A stretch of DNA of 64,000 bases from Candidatus Omnitrophica bacterium UBA6233. Its GTDB lineage: Bacteria > Omnitrophota > Gorgyraeia > Gygaellales > Profunditerraquicolaceae. The position numbers were made by a program, and so were the translations under genes. Under the pieces are notes generated by a model that was not told the origin of the DNA, ran no database searches, and worked only from the letters and a program-made list of their open reading frames with translations. The number at the start of each line of letters is the position of its first letter. Position 1 is the first letter of the stretch. Shown in pieces: positions 19,806 to 29,604 of this stretch. Location: contig DJWJ01000019.1 in assembly GCA_002440965.1 (NCBI GenBank), positions 8,119 through 72,118 on the forward strand, written 5' to 3'.

Positions 19806-21115
19806 ATTGCCTTTCTGAAGAAATTATGTAAAACCATCTCCACATAAGATAACATTGACTTGGTGAGGCCCGGATAAACTCCGAGCCAAAAAAGATTGTT
19901 CATCACCAAATCAGTATTTTTTAAATTCCCCGCCACCCTATACTTTATATTCTTATAAGCTGGCTGCTTAAGCAAGTTCCCTCCGAATAACATCCGCGTA
20001 GCTATTTTTTTATTCTCTAAATAACTGACAATATCCGTTCGATTAAATGGAGCTGTATCTCTTACTAAAACCGGAAAACCGAACCAGCTCGGATCAGAAT
20101 GTTCTTCTGCCTGCGGCAATATAAAATAATCGCCGTATTTTTCAAAAACTTTATAAAGGAATCTAAAATTATTTTTCCTCGCTTCGATAAACCGGGGCAA
20201 TTTTTCTAACTGCGCGCACCCGATAGCCGCTTGCATATCGGTAACCCTTAAATTATATCCTATATGCGAATACACATATTTATGGTCATAACCATATGGC
20301 AAATCACCAAATTTCTGAGAGAATCTCTTTCCGCAAGCGTTATCGCGCCCGGTTTCACAATGACAATCCCGTCCCCAATCACGAAAAGACATAACGATTT
20401 TCTTAAGAAGCGGATTCTCCGTTAAAACCGCTCCTCCCTCTCCCATAGTCATATGATGACTCGGGAAAAAACTACAAGTAGAGATATCGCCGAATGTTCC
20501 GGCATATTTTCCTCTATATCTAGACCCGAGGCTATCGCAATTGTCCTCGATCCACCACAATTTATGCTTTTTAACTATTTTTTTAACCTTGTCTATGTTT
20601 ATCGGATTACCCAGGGTATGCGCGGTAAAAATTGCTTTCGTCTTTCTAGTAATAGCTTTTTCTATTTTTTCTGCCTGAATATTATAAGTCCCTGACTCCA
20701 CATCGATAAATACCGGAACAAGATTGTTCTGGATTACCGGGTTAAGCGTAGTCGGAAAACCGCAGGCAGTAGTAATCACCTCGTCTCCCGGCCTTAAGCG
20801 CCTTTCTTTTAATAATGGCGAGGTTAACGCGCTTAAAGCCAAAAGGTTTGCCGAAGAGCCGGAGTTTACCAGCAGACAATACTTTATACCCAGGAAATCC
20901 GCCAGCCTGGATTCAAATTCTTTAGCGTATCTTCCGGCGGTAATCCAGAAATCCAAAGAAGCATCCACGAGATTAACCATCTCGCTTGCGTCAAAAACCC
21001 TTCCCGCGTAATTAATATAGCTTGCTGAAGGAACGAAGCTCCTTATAAATGATTGCTTATGGTATTTTCTAACCTTGGCAAAAATCTCTTTTCTCAATCT
21101 CTTCTCTCTATCCAT
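19802..21115 (-). CDS. ddhC: CDP-6-deoxy-D-xylo-4-hexulose 3-dehydrase (E1, DdhC/RfbH/AscC), PMP-dependent with [2Fe-2S] motif
   Basis: 437 aa DegT-fold; PLP-Lys replaced by His (SFFPSHHMTMGEGG); cysteines arranged C-X57-C-X1-C-X7-C (NCDSLG...DCHCETGRDNAC), the E1 iron-sulfur signature. Confidence 0.75.
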   Translation of the reverse strand: MDREKRLRKEIFAKVRKYHKQSFIRSFVPSASYINYAGRVFDASEMVNLVDASLDFWITAGRYAKEFESRLADFLGIKYCLLVNSGSSANLLALSALTSPLLKERRLRPGDEVITTACGFPTTLNPVIQNNLVPVFIDVESGTYNIQAEKIEKAITRKTKAIFTAHTLGNPINIDKVKKIVKKHKLWWIEDNCDSLGSRYRGKYAGTFGDISTCSFFPSHHMTMGEGGAVLTENPLLKKIVMSFRDWGRDCHCETGRDNACGKRFSQKFGDLPYGYDHKYVYSHIGYNLRVTDMQAAIGCAQLEKLPRFIEARKNNFRFLYKVFEKYGDYFILPQAEEHSDPSWFGFPVLVRDTAPFNRTDIVSYLENKKIATRMLFGGNLLKQPAYKNIKYRVAGNLKNTDLVMNNLFWLGVYPGLTKSMLSYVEMVLHNFFRKAI

Positions 21116-21116
21116 A

Positions 21117-22283
21117 TTATTGATAAATACTTATTATTTCATTCTTTAATTTAAGCACCCGCCTGATCTGCCGGATTATCTCCTCCTGATAACCGTATGT
21201 TGATACCAATATAGGCAAACTTTCACCGCGTATTTCTGCCGGCGGTTTTATACTTATACCGCGCAGCTTCTTTCCGGCGTACCTCAGGTTTGAATCGACG
21301 AAAAATGATATTTTTGATAAGTCAAGGGCTGAACCAATCAATCTCTGGGTATGAGTGCCTGCGCCCCAAACAATAATTTTATTCCTGCCGGACAGTTTAC
21401 TATGAATGGCTCTTCTAACCTTTAGATCAAGTTTTGAACAGCCGGCAATATAGCTTTTTATCTTTCTTGCGCTGATATTATCCTTAACGGTTTTCATATC
21501 GCTCTTGCCTGTTTTTTTCAAAAGGACAAAAAGCACAGGATCAATGTTCTTTCTCGCCTTATTTTCATTCCTCTTTACCGCTGCTATCGAAAATGAGAAT
21601 CTCGAAGCCAAATTCCCGATTGAATACCTGGAAAAATAATTGATATGTTCGATACTAAACTGCTGGAATGGCGGGTATATGTATTTGTCAAACCGCTCTG
21701 TATCAGGCACCTCTAAAAATACTAATCCGTTTTCATCTAATAAACTATGTATTTTTCGCATCGGCGCCTTGAGATCTACCAAATGCTCAAACACAGAGGA
21801 TAAAATCACTAACCCGAATTTTTCCTTGCCCTTATAGCTTGTTATGTTGTTAGAGGTAACATTAATATCGTATATCTTTTTAGCCGCTTTTGCGCATGAA
21901 GGCGACGGATCAATACCCTCTAAATCGCGATACCCGCGTGTTTTAAGCACCGATAGCAGGGCGCCTGTCGAACAACCGATATCCAATATTTTTGCGCATG
22001 GATGCTTTATATGAGGAATCAAAAAATTCACTATTTTCCTAAAATGGGCCATGTTCCCGGCTGGCACAGCGCCAGAATTATTATTGAATTCATATTTAGA
22101 CATCCGCGCATAGTAATTATCGAATTCCGCCTGCGGAGGGATATTGTCAGCGTAAATGAAACCGCATTTTTTGCATACGGCGACATTATATTTTTCCATC
22201 AGCGAGATTTCATTATTACGGAAATTCTGCACATAAAGCTGCCTTTTTTGAGCACAGCCGCAAACCGGACAATCTCTGGACAC
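21117..22283 (-). CDS. SAM-dependent methyltransferase with N-terminal zinc-ribbon (NDP-hexose C-methyltransferase-like, TylC3 family architecture)
   Basis: 388 aa; CPVCG...(28 aa)...CKKCG zinc ribbon, then SAM motif ILDIGCSTGALLSVL, then ~150-aa C-terminal domain. Confidence 0.5.
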   Translation of the reverse strand: MSRDCPVCGCAQKRQLYVQNFRNNEISLMEKYNVAVCKKCGFIYADNIPPQAEFDNYYARMSKYEFNNNSGAVPAGNMAHFRKIVNFLIPHIKHPCAKILDIGCSTGALLSVLKTRGYRDLEGIDPSPSCAKAAKKIYDINVTSNNITSYKGKEKFGLVILSSVFEHLVDLKAPMRKIHSLLDENGLVFLEVPDTERFDKYIYPPFQQFSIEHINYFSRYSIGNLASRFSFSIAAVKRNENKARKNIDPVLFVLLKKTGKSDMKTVKDNISARKIKSYIAGCSKLDLKVRRAIHSKLSGRNKIIVWGAGTHTQRLIGSALDLSKISFFVDSNLRYAGKKLRGISIKPPAEIRGESLPILVSTYGYQEEIIRQIRRVLKLKNEIISIYQ

Positions 22284-22285
22284 CT

Positions 22286-24079
22286 CTAATTGCCCTCCTG
22301 TATAAATATATTTTCTTTAAATTCTTTTCTATCCAGAAAAGGGGACATATCCTCAAGCCGGCTTGAAACTATCTTGCCGTTATCCAGCTTACTGGAGGAA
22401 AGCCGGGGAGCGAATTTATAATTCGTTTCAAGCATAACTTCGCACAAAATCGCGCCTTCCGAATTTATTATCTTAAGGATCTTTTCAGGCATGCCCTTAT
22501 GGGTTGTAATTTTTGCGGCCTTGATCCCAAAAGCGCCGGCCACTTTCACAAAAGAAGGGAAACTGACCCCTGATTTTTTATCGCATCCCACATACGGCGG
22601 GCCAAAAAAATTCTCCTGCGTCTGCCTTATCGAACTGTATCCGCCATTATTCAACACGAATATCTTAATCGGCAGTTTATTATATTTTATGGTCTGTAAT
22701 TCCTGTATATTCATCTGGATACTGCCATCTCCGGCTATGCAGATTATATCCCTATTCCCATTGCCTATGCATGCCCCTATGGAAGCCGGCAAATCATACC
22801 CCATTGCAGCACAACCTGAGTTCCATATTACCCGCTGTTTGTCTTTAACTATACCTGCCTGGAATAGAACTACGGATGGAGTCGCGTTTGCGGTAACAAT
22901 CGTCTCTCCGGGCCTGGCTAATTCGGTAAGAACCCGCATAAAATAATAAGGATTGACCGAAGCAGACCTGCTGTATTCCGGAAGCACTACCGGATACTTA
23001 TCCCTCCTCTTGCTGCACCACAACAACCAATCCTTGCAGTCAAAGCCGGAAATTTTATATTGCAAAAATTTGCTTAAGAAAAGCCCGGCATCGCAGTTAA
23101 TGGCAATATCCGGTTTAATTGTCGGTTTTTTTAGCTCTGCCGAATCTATATCCACAACAACTTTCTTTGCAGCATGCGCGAACGACTGCCAATTATAGCT
23201 AACCTGCCTTATATTATTCCTTGTCCCCAGGCATAAAACGAGGTCGGAATTCTGCAAAGCGAAATTTCCCGCACGGCTGCCTAATGTTCCTATCCTGCCG
23301 ATAAAATACGGATTATCGGAAGGCACTAAATCAAAACCGTTAAAAGTAGATAAAACGGGAACCTTTAATTTGCGGATTAGAGCCAGTAAAAATTCCTTCG
23401 CCCCTGCTATCCGTATTCCATTACCGGCAACTATGACCGGCCTTTTTGATTTCTCAAGCAATTCGAGAAAATGCCGTATTTTACCGTCAATATTATCTGG
23501 TTCCCGCCTGAGGATAATACCGGATCCGATTAGATTATTTTCTTCTATAACTGCTCCCTGAATATCCAAGGGAATATCCAACCACACCGGCCCCGGCCTT
23601 CCGGTAGCCGCTAGGTTAATTGCCTTATCCAATAATTTCCTTATATCTTCGGCTTTCCTGACCGTAGCGGCGAATTTTGTCAATGGCCTGACAACACTTA
23701 CTATATCCACTTCCTGGTCGCCTAACTGTCTTAATCTAATATTTGGACAGGAAGCAATCGTGGTTTCGGATTTTACCTGTCCGGATATATATAACACCGG
23801 AACTGAATCCGTCCATTGCCCCATAACGCCGGTTAACGTATTCAATCCCCCCGGGCCCGTAGTTACATTGACAACGGCGAGTTTGCCGCTTACCCTGGCA
23901 TAGCCTTCCGCGGCTATAGCGCAAGCCTGCTCATGATGCATAAAAATACACTTGAGAAGTTTATTCTTCCCGAATGAATTATTTAAATGCATTGCGCCGC
24001 CGCCGGTAACCATAAAAACGCGCCTAACTCCGTATTTCGTCAGGTACCTGGCGATATAATCGGAAACCTTGATTTTCAT
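22286..24079 (-). CDS. Thiamine-diphosphate-dependent enzyme of the acetolactate-synthase family (YerE-like C-C bond forming enzyme candidate)
   Basis: 597 aa, three-domain ALS architecture: N-terminal Pyr domain (VFMVTGGGAMHLNNSF), central domain, C-terminal PP domain with GDGSIQMNIQELQT. Confidence 0.75.
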   Translation of the reverse strand: MKIKVSDYIARYLTKYGVRRVFMVTGGGAMHLNNSFGKNKLLKCIFMHHEQACAIAAEGYARVSGKLAVVNVTTGPGGLNTLTGVMGQWTDSVPVLYISGQVKSETTIASCPNIRLRQLGDQEVDIVSVVRPLTKFAATVRKAEDIRKLLDKAINLAATGRPGPVWLDIPLDIQGAVIEENNLIGSGIILRREPDNIDGKIRHFLELLEKSKRPVIVAGNGIRIAGAKEFLLALIRKLKVPVLSTFNGFDLVPSDNPYFIGRIGTLGSRAGNFALQNSDLVLCLGTRNNIRQVSYNWQSFAHAAKKVVVDIDSAELKKPTIKPDIAINCDAGLFLSKFLQYKISGFDCKDWLLWCSKRRDKYPVVLPEYSRSASVNPYYFMRVLTELARPGETIVTANATPSVVLFQAGIVKDKQRVIWNSGCAAMGYDLPASIGACIGNGNRDIICIAGDGSIQMNIQELQTIKYNKLPIKIFVLNNGGYSSIRQTQENFFGPPYVGCDKKSGVSFPSFVKVAGAFGIKAAKITTHKGMPEKILKIINSEGAILCEVMLETNYKFAPRLSSSKLDNGKIVSSRLEDMSPFLDRKEFKENIFIQEGN

Positions 24080-24087
24080 TCTTCCTG

Positions 24088-25179
24088 CTATAATCCTCGG
24101 CTGTATATTGTATTCTTCAAACCTTCATTGTTGGCATAGGGGCTGTCGATCATATCAATCTTTATCGGTTCATCCTTCTTGCAGGGCTTTAACAAAACTT
24201 CTCCGCTCATCAATTCCCTGCAGGAAATCTGGCCTTTTTGCAAAGGTATAGCCAGATACACATCCTGCTCCATATCTTCATGATGGAAAATATGCCCCTT
24301 TGGTAAATCCCTTTTTGCATAGACTCCCCTGACAAGAGCGTCAAGATATGTAATTTCTTTCTCGGAAGGGAACCTTTTTGAAGCTCCGGAGGCGCCGCAC
24401 ATCTCTTTCGCTTTTTTAAAAGCCTTAAACCAGGCATCTATCTGATGAGGAAGAGAACAATAGGCAGAAACGGGGTGTTTACCGTCTTCTATATCTATGT
24501 GCCTTTCAAAAGTCCTTGCCCCTTTTGCGTAAGCTATCATTATGGAAGAAGACCAATCATGGTATTCATGGGTAGATAATCCGATGGTATGGTTAGGATA
24601 CCTATTTTTCAAGAAATCTATCTGATTTAGCTCCAGCTCGTGGTCTTCGGAAGGATATAACGCAACACAGTGATTTAAAGCAAGCGGGATATTCCTGTTT
24701 TCAAAAAAAACAACCAGATCATCAAGGTCCTTAAGAGACGAACCCCCGGTAGAAACAATAACCGGTTTCTTGGTCCGGGCAATCCTCTCTATCAATACCC
24801 AATCATTTAAATCGGAACTGGCAATTTTCAATATTTGAATCCCTATTTCCTCACAAAAACCTACAGAATGCTCGTCAAACGGCGTTGCCGAGGAGATCGC
24901 CCCTCCTTTTCTAATAGCATCCACCATAACCGTAAAATCCTCCGGAACCAACCGGGTATCTAGCGTTTTTTTAATATACCGCAGGTCTGCCCTATCGCGA
25001 AAATCCTTATGTATAAAATTGCTTACGTCCCTTATCTGAAGCTTGATGGAAGCTCTTACATTGTTAAACCTGATTATCCTGGAGAATTCACTTATAATCC
25101 TCAAGCCTCTTTCCAGATTGCCGTAATGGTTATTGGCTAATTCTAAAACAAACAAATCTTCAAATATATCCTTATTCAT
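24088..25179 (-). CDS. NeuB-family sugar-PEP aldolase (sialic/legionaminic/pseudaminic acid synthase paralog) with C-terminal SAF domain
   Basis: 363 aa; N-terminal LELANNHYGNLERG (NeuB TIM-barrel signature) and C-terminal SAF-like region. Confidence 0.65.
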   Translation of the reverse strand: MNKDIFEDLFVLELANNHYGNLERGLRIISEFSRIIRFNNVRASIKLQIRDVSNFIHKDFRDRADLRYIKKTLDTRLVPEDFTVMVDAIRKGGAISSATPFDEHSVGFCEEIGIQILKIASSDLNDWVLIERIARTKKPVIVSTGGSSLKDLDDLVVFFENRNIPLALNHCVALYPSEDHELELNQIDFLKNRYPNHTIGLSTHEYHDWSSSIMIAYAKGARTFERHIDIEDGKHPVSAYCSLPHQIDAWFKAFKKAKEMCGASGASKRFPSEKEITYLDALVRGVYAKRDLPKGHIFHHEDMEQDVYLAIPLQKGQISCRELMSGEVLLKPCKKDEPIKIDMIDSPYANNEGLKNTIYSRGL

Positions 25180-25206
25180 AACAATACTACCTCCTCTTAA
25201 GATAGA

Positions 25207-26085
25207 TTACTTGTCGGACAACAATGATTCTCTATTAATTGCCGCTTTGTTTTCCGAATACCACGAATAAAGTCCGCCTATCGATTTCTCCATCGGGCTG
25301 AAATTGAAATCAAGTATCTGGCTGCGGAGCCTTGCATTATCCCCGCTATACTCATAGCACATTCCTTCCTTAGCAACTTTAATCGGAAGCTTTTTGCCGG
25401 ATATTTCGATTACTTTTTCGGCTAACTTATATAATTCCACCGAGGCATCCGGCGTAATATTATAGCAGTTATACTTTGCCTCATTCTCTATGAAATGCGG
25501 AATAATCCTCACAAAATCCTCGATGTAAACATAATCGAATTTTCTATTCTGTTTTGCGGTAATCGGCAGATCGAAAATGGCCTTGCAAATTGCGTTAGAG
25601 ATGAACCTTATGGCATAATCTTCATATTTACCGAAAATACCGAAAATACGCAGTTCTACGATATTTTCGAGCTTCTCTATCTGTTTAGCTATAATATACT
25701 TGGAAAATCCATGCTCATCCTCGGGGACATACGTATCAAAAAAATCTTCGCTTACCTTTACCAACGGCTTGGACACATCGTATACCGCACCCGAACTTAA
25801 AAATACCATCTTGCCGAAATACCCTCTATTCCGGATTATGTTAAAGAACATACGTAAATTATTATAAAGCTGCCTGGACGGATCCTTGGCATTACGGTTC
25901 CCGGGGCGCACGGCGCTGTGGATTATCACATCCGGCTTATGAACCTGAAGATAACTTCTTACCGCATTTCCATCCAAAAGCTCCAGTTCTTTATGCCCTG
26001 GGGCAAATAATTCATACTTTTGCTTCAGGTATTCTGCCAGATTCCTGCCGATAAAGCCGCTGCCGCCGGTGAGAAATATTTTCAT
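25207..26085 (-). CDS. NAD(P)-dependent epimerase/dehydratase-family protein (candidate NDP-4-keto-sugar reductase)
   Basis: 292 aa; Rossmann motif IFLTGGSGFIGRNL. Confidence 0.6.
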   Translation of the reverse strand: MKIFLTGGSGFIGRNLAEYLKQKYELFAPGHKELELLDGNAVRSYLQVHKPDVIIHSAVRPGNRNAKDPSRQLYNNLRMFFNIIRNRGYFGKMVFLSSGAVYDVSKPLVKVSEDFFDTYVPEDEHGFSKYIIAKQIEKLENIVELRIFGIFGKYEDYAIRFISNAICKAIFDLPITAKQNRKFDYVYIEDFVRIIPHFIENEAKYNCYNITPDASVELYKLAEKVIEISGKKLPIKVAKEGMCYEYSGDNARLRSQILDFNFSPMEKSIGGLYSWYSENKAAINRESLLSDK

Positions 26086-26822
26086 AATTTATAAATCAGG
26101 CCGTCCCTGGCGGCTATGGTGTTCTTAAAAATCTTCCGGGCGGATTCTTTAGCTAATCTTATATCGCTTTCTTTCAAATAATCGCCGGCATCGAAATGCA
26201 CCAAAACCAATTTTTTTACTTTCGCGGCCCTAGCCGCCCTAGCCGCCTGTTCAGGATTTAAATGCGGCCACCCCCTATCGATAACTCCAGGAAGCAAGGA
26301 TGACTCTGCTATTAATAAATCTGCGTTTTTTGCCAAGGCCAGCATTCCTTTACATTCTCCGGTATCGGTGCAAAAAACCAATGTTTTACCGCCGGCGGAT
26401 AAACGGTATCCGTAACAAACAGTCGTATGCAAAAGTTTTTCATATTCGATATCAAAAGGGAACTTCAGGCCGCGGCTGATATCTTTAACCAGGATTTTTG
26501 ACTTAAGCTTACGGATAGGTTTAGAATACGGAGTATTAATGACAAGATTAAACATTTTCCGCGTTCCCTTTGGCCCAAAAACTTTGATGCCCTGCGGAAA
26601 AACGAATTTATTCAAAGCGTGCAACCCGATAATATGGTCCAAATGAAAATGGCTCAAAAAAAGATAAACGGGACGCTTGTCTTTTATGTAATGGTCAATC
26701 TTGGAAAAACCCGTCCCGGCGTCAAAAATAACATACTCCCTGCCGGTATCCACCAAGACGCAAAGGGTGTTACCGAGCCGGCCGTCATACCAACCCATAG
26801 TCCCCAAGAATATAACCCGCAT
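26082..26822 (-). CDS. MBL-fold metallo-hydrolase
   Basis: 246 aa; HFHLDH metal-binding motif. Confidence 0.6.
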   Translation of the reverse strand: MRVIFLGTMGWYDGRLGNTLCVLVDTGREYVIFDAGTGFSKIDHYIKDKRPVYLFLSHFHLDHIIGLHALNKFVFPQGIKVFGPKGTRKMFNLVINTPYSKPIRKLKSKILVKDISRGLKFPFDIEYEKLLHTTVCYGYRLSAGGKTLVFCTDTGECKGMLALAKNADLLIAESSLLPGVIDRGWPHLNPEQAARAARAAKVKKLVLVHFDAGDYLKESDIRLAKESARKIFKNTIAARDGLIYKL

Positions 26823-26836
26823 AAAATTAGACAGGA

Positions 26837-27769
26837 TTAATCAAAATTAATCCGTTCCCTCTCGATAACTAAAGGCCTTTTCCTGACTTGAGTATAAATT
26901 GCCCCGATATATTCCCCCAATACCCCGATAAAAACCAGCTGGACGGAGAAGAAGAAAAACACACCGACAACCAGAGGGGCGACTCCTAACTGGAAATTAT
27001 TCCAGAAAATTAATTTATATATTAAATATATCACCCCGATTATAAAGAATATGAAGGAAAATATCATCCCGAAAAAAATCGCCATCCTCAAAGGCACCTT
27101 GGAATTATTCACGATGCCTAACATCGCCATATCAAACAAGGTATAGAAATTATTTTTAGTAATTCCCGCGGCCCTATTTGGCTGGACATACTCTACAAGC
27201 GCAACATCGGAACTTATCTCAAGTATTAATCCCCTCAAGTATGGATACGGATCCTTGATGCCCCTTAAAGCTTCGACAACCTTCTTGTCAAAAAGGCCAA
27301 ACCCGGAATAATTCTCTATCTGTTTCTCTTCTGAAAGGGAATTTAATAACTTATAGAACAGCTTCCTTACGGTAAACATAAGAGAATTTTCCTTGCTCCC
27401 GGTTTTTACCCCCACAACAACTTCATGGCCGGCTTCCCACTGCCTTATGAAATCGTTTATCAATCCCGGAGGATCTTGCAAGTCGGAAGCGATATTGATA
27501 ACCGCGTCTCCTTTGGCTTGCAATAAACCGTAATAAGGCGAACGGATATGGCCAAAATTCCGGGCGTTCACAATTATTTTTAAATTTTTGTCCTTAGCGG
27601 CAATACTTTTAAGAATCTCAACGGTTTTATCCGTCGAGGCATTATCGATAAAGATATGTTCGTAAGTGTAGCCGCCCAAGGCGCCGAAGATTTCTTTTAC
27701 CTGCCGGTATAGCTCATAAACATTCTCTTCTTCGTTATAGCAGCCGGTTACGACGCTTATTTTCTTCAT
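26837..27769 (-). CDS. Polyprenol-phosphate glycosyltransferase (GT2, DPM1/ArnC-like) with C-terminal TM helices
   Basis: 310 aa; ISVVTGCYNEE...IDNASTDKT...ASDLQD then two hydrophobic helices. Confidence 0.65.
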   Translation of the reverse strand: MKKISVVTGCYNEEENVYELYRQVKEIFGALGGYTYEHIFIDNASTDKTVEILKSIAAKDKNLKIIVNARNFGHIRSPYYGLLQAKGDAVINIASDLQDPPGLINDFIRQWEAGHEVVVGVKTGSKENSLMFTVRKLFYKLLNSLSEEKQIENYSGFGLFDKKVVEALRGIKDPYPYLRGLILEISSDVALVEYVQPNRAAGITKNNFYTLFDMAMLGIVNNSKVPLRMAIFFGMIFSFIFFIIGVIYLIYKLIFWNNFQLGVAPLVVGVFFFFSVQLVFIGVLGEYIGAIYTQVRKRPLVIERERINFD

Positions 27770-27779
27770 CTTAATAAAA

Positions 27780-27833
27780 GGGGACGGTTCTATTTTTCTT
27801 AAATACCTAAACCGGAAAAATAGAACCGTCCCC
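27780..27833 (-). repeat. 19-bp-stem hairpin of the GGGACGGTTCT family, 10 nt upstream of start codon of 26837..27769; T-run follows on the minus strand
   Basis: GGGGACGGTTCTATTTTTC (27780-27798) pairs perfectly with GAAAAATAGAACCGTCCCC (27815-27833); 16-nt loop. Confidence 0.6.
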
Positions 27834-28808
27834 TTTAGCTCCCCTTTTAACCCTATAGCTTTCTATTGTTTGGATTAAACCCGCTAAAACAGAGAACTTA
27901 GGCTTCCAACCGAGTTTAGCCCTGGCTTTGCGGGAAGACAAATACTGATGTTTTATTTCATACTTCGCCTGATTCAATATTTTATAATCAACTGGTTTGC
28001 CAACGGATTTAGCAATCATTTTAACCAGTTCGATGACCGTAAGCGGATTTTCACAGCTAAAATTAAAAGCTTCACCGGCAAGGTTAAGCTTCCGCATTTT
28101 TTCCGCTAAAAGGATATAGCCGTTCACTATGTCCTCCACGAACACATAATCGCGGGTAAACAGACCGTCGCTGCGGATTAAAAGTTTTTTTCCGGCAAGC
28201 GCGCATTTAACCGCATCAGGAACAAGACGGCTGGAATTAAAATCTCCGGGGCCGTAGATGTTACCGCAACGAGTAACACATACAGGCAGGCCATAGGTAT
28301 GGGCGTAGGTATTGGCGATTAAATCCGCGCAGCTTTTGGAAACATCATACGGATGGCTGCCTTGTAACGGAGCCTTTTCCGTATAGGGAAGTTTTTCATG
28401 GATTCCATAGGCCTTATCGCTAGAGGCGAGAATAACTGCTTCGATGTTTTTTGCGTTCCGGCAGGCCTCCAAAACATTCCAGGTTCCCCGGATATTCGCA
28501 GAAAAAGCTGACAAGGGGCGGTTATGGCATTTCCCTACAATGGCCTCTGCCGCTAAATGGAATACCAGATTAATCTTATTTTCCCTTATTATTTTTTCTA
28601 ACAGTTTATAGTTCGCCACGCTGCCTTTAACAACGGATATCCTCTTATAGTCATCCGGAGCAAGAAGCGTGGCTTTTCTTTCAGTCTTAATATCTAATCC
28701 GATTATCCTGGCTCCGGAAGGAATCAACGCCCTGGTAAGATTAGAACCCAAGAACCCTTCAAATCCGGTAATCAGCACATTTTTTCCCGCCCAAAATTTC
28801 TTATTCAT
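27807..28808 (-). CDS. ddhB: CDP-glucose 4,6-dehydratase
   Basis: 333 aa; N-terminus KKFWAGKNVLITGFEGFLGSNL matches RfbG/DdhB signature (FW.GK.V..TGhTGFkGsWL). Confidence 0.7.
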   Translation of the reverse strand: MNKKFWAGKNVLITGFEGFLGSNLTRALIPSGARIIGLDIKTERKATLLAPDDYKRISVVKGSVANYKLLEKIIRENKINLVFHLAAEAIVGKCHNRPLSAFSANIRGTWNVLEACRNAKNIEAVILASSDKAYGIHEKLPYTEKAPLQGSHPYDVSKSCADLIANTYAHTYGLPVCVTRCGNIYGPGDFNSSRLVPDAVKCALAGKKLLIRSDGLFTRDYVFVEDIVNGYILLAEKMRKLNLAGEAFNFSCENPLTVIELVKMIAKSVGKPVDYKILNQAKYEIKHQYLSSRKARAKLGWKPKFSVLAGLIQTIESYRVKRGAKGDGSIFPV

Positions 28809-28817
28809 TGACCTATC

Positions 28818-29594
28818 TTAATCCTTCCATTTTTTCCAGGGAGCCTTGCCGCTATCCCAAAGCGCTTCCAACTCGCACCTATCCCGTAACGTATCCATAC
28901 ATTTCCAAAAACCATTGTGTTTAAACCCAACCAACTGATTATCCAAGGCCATACTTTTTAGAGAATCGAATTCCCATATAGAGCGGTCTCCGCTGATATA
29001 GTCGAAAACTTCCGGCTCAAGCACAAAGAATCCGCCGTTAATCCACGAGCCATCCCCTTTTGGTTTTTCGAGGAAAGAATTGACTGTTCCCGAATCTTTC
29101 ATTCTTAGGGCGCCAAACCTGCCGGCAAGCTGAACCGCGGTAACTGTCGCGCTTTTACCGGAACGCTTATGAAATTTAAGCAGCTGCCGGATATCCACGT
29201 CGCTAACTCCATCGCCATAAGTCATCATAAATGTTTTATTGCCTACGTATTTCTGAACGCGCTTCAGGCGGCCGCCGGTCATTGTGTCAAGGCCGGTATC
29301 GACAAGAGTAATCTTCCACGGTTCGGAAGACGTCGCGCGGACTTCCACAGCGTTTTTCTTCAAATCAATGGTAATATCGCTCATATGCATAAAATAATGG
29401 GAGAAATACTCCTTGATTATGTAGCCCTTATAGCCTAAACAGATAATAAAATCGTTGAATCCGAAATGAGAATACAGCTTCATAATATGCCAGATGATAG
29501 GCTTGCCGCCGATTTCGACCATCGGCTTGGGAATATTGGTCGTCTCTTCGCTGATTCTCGTTCCTCTGCCGCCAGCTAATATGACTACTTTCAT
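28818..29594 (-). CDS. ddhA: Glucose-1-phosphate cytidylyltransferase
   Basis: MKVVILAGGRGTRISEET...PKPMVEIGGKPIIWHIM; start at Met14 of track ORF (ATG 29592-29594) preceded by AAGGAGAG RBS. Confidence 0.8.
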   Translation of the reverse strand: MKVVILAGGRGTRISEETTNIPKPMVEIGGKPIIWHIMKLYSHFGFNDFIICLGYKGYIIKEYFSHYFMHMSDITIDLKKNAVEVRATSSEPWKITLVDTGLDTMTGGRLKRVQKYVGNKTFMMTYGDGVSDVDIRQLLKFHKRSGKSATVTAVQLAGRFGALRMKDSGTVNSFLEKPKGDGSWINGGFFVLEPEVFDYISGDRSIWEFDSLKSMALDNQLVGFKHNGFWKCMDTLRDRCELEALWDSGKAPWKKWKD

Positions 29595-29604
29595 ACGCTC
29601 TCCT

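Noticed and set aside
24088-25179. Interpreting the internal NeuB paralog as a second complete sialic-acid pathway
   Set aside because: No adjacent NeuC/NeuA partners are present. It is embedded in the CDP-dideoxyhexose sub-cluster, so a distinct and unknown role is more likely. Reported as part of the branched-sugar finding instead.
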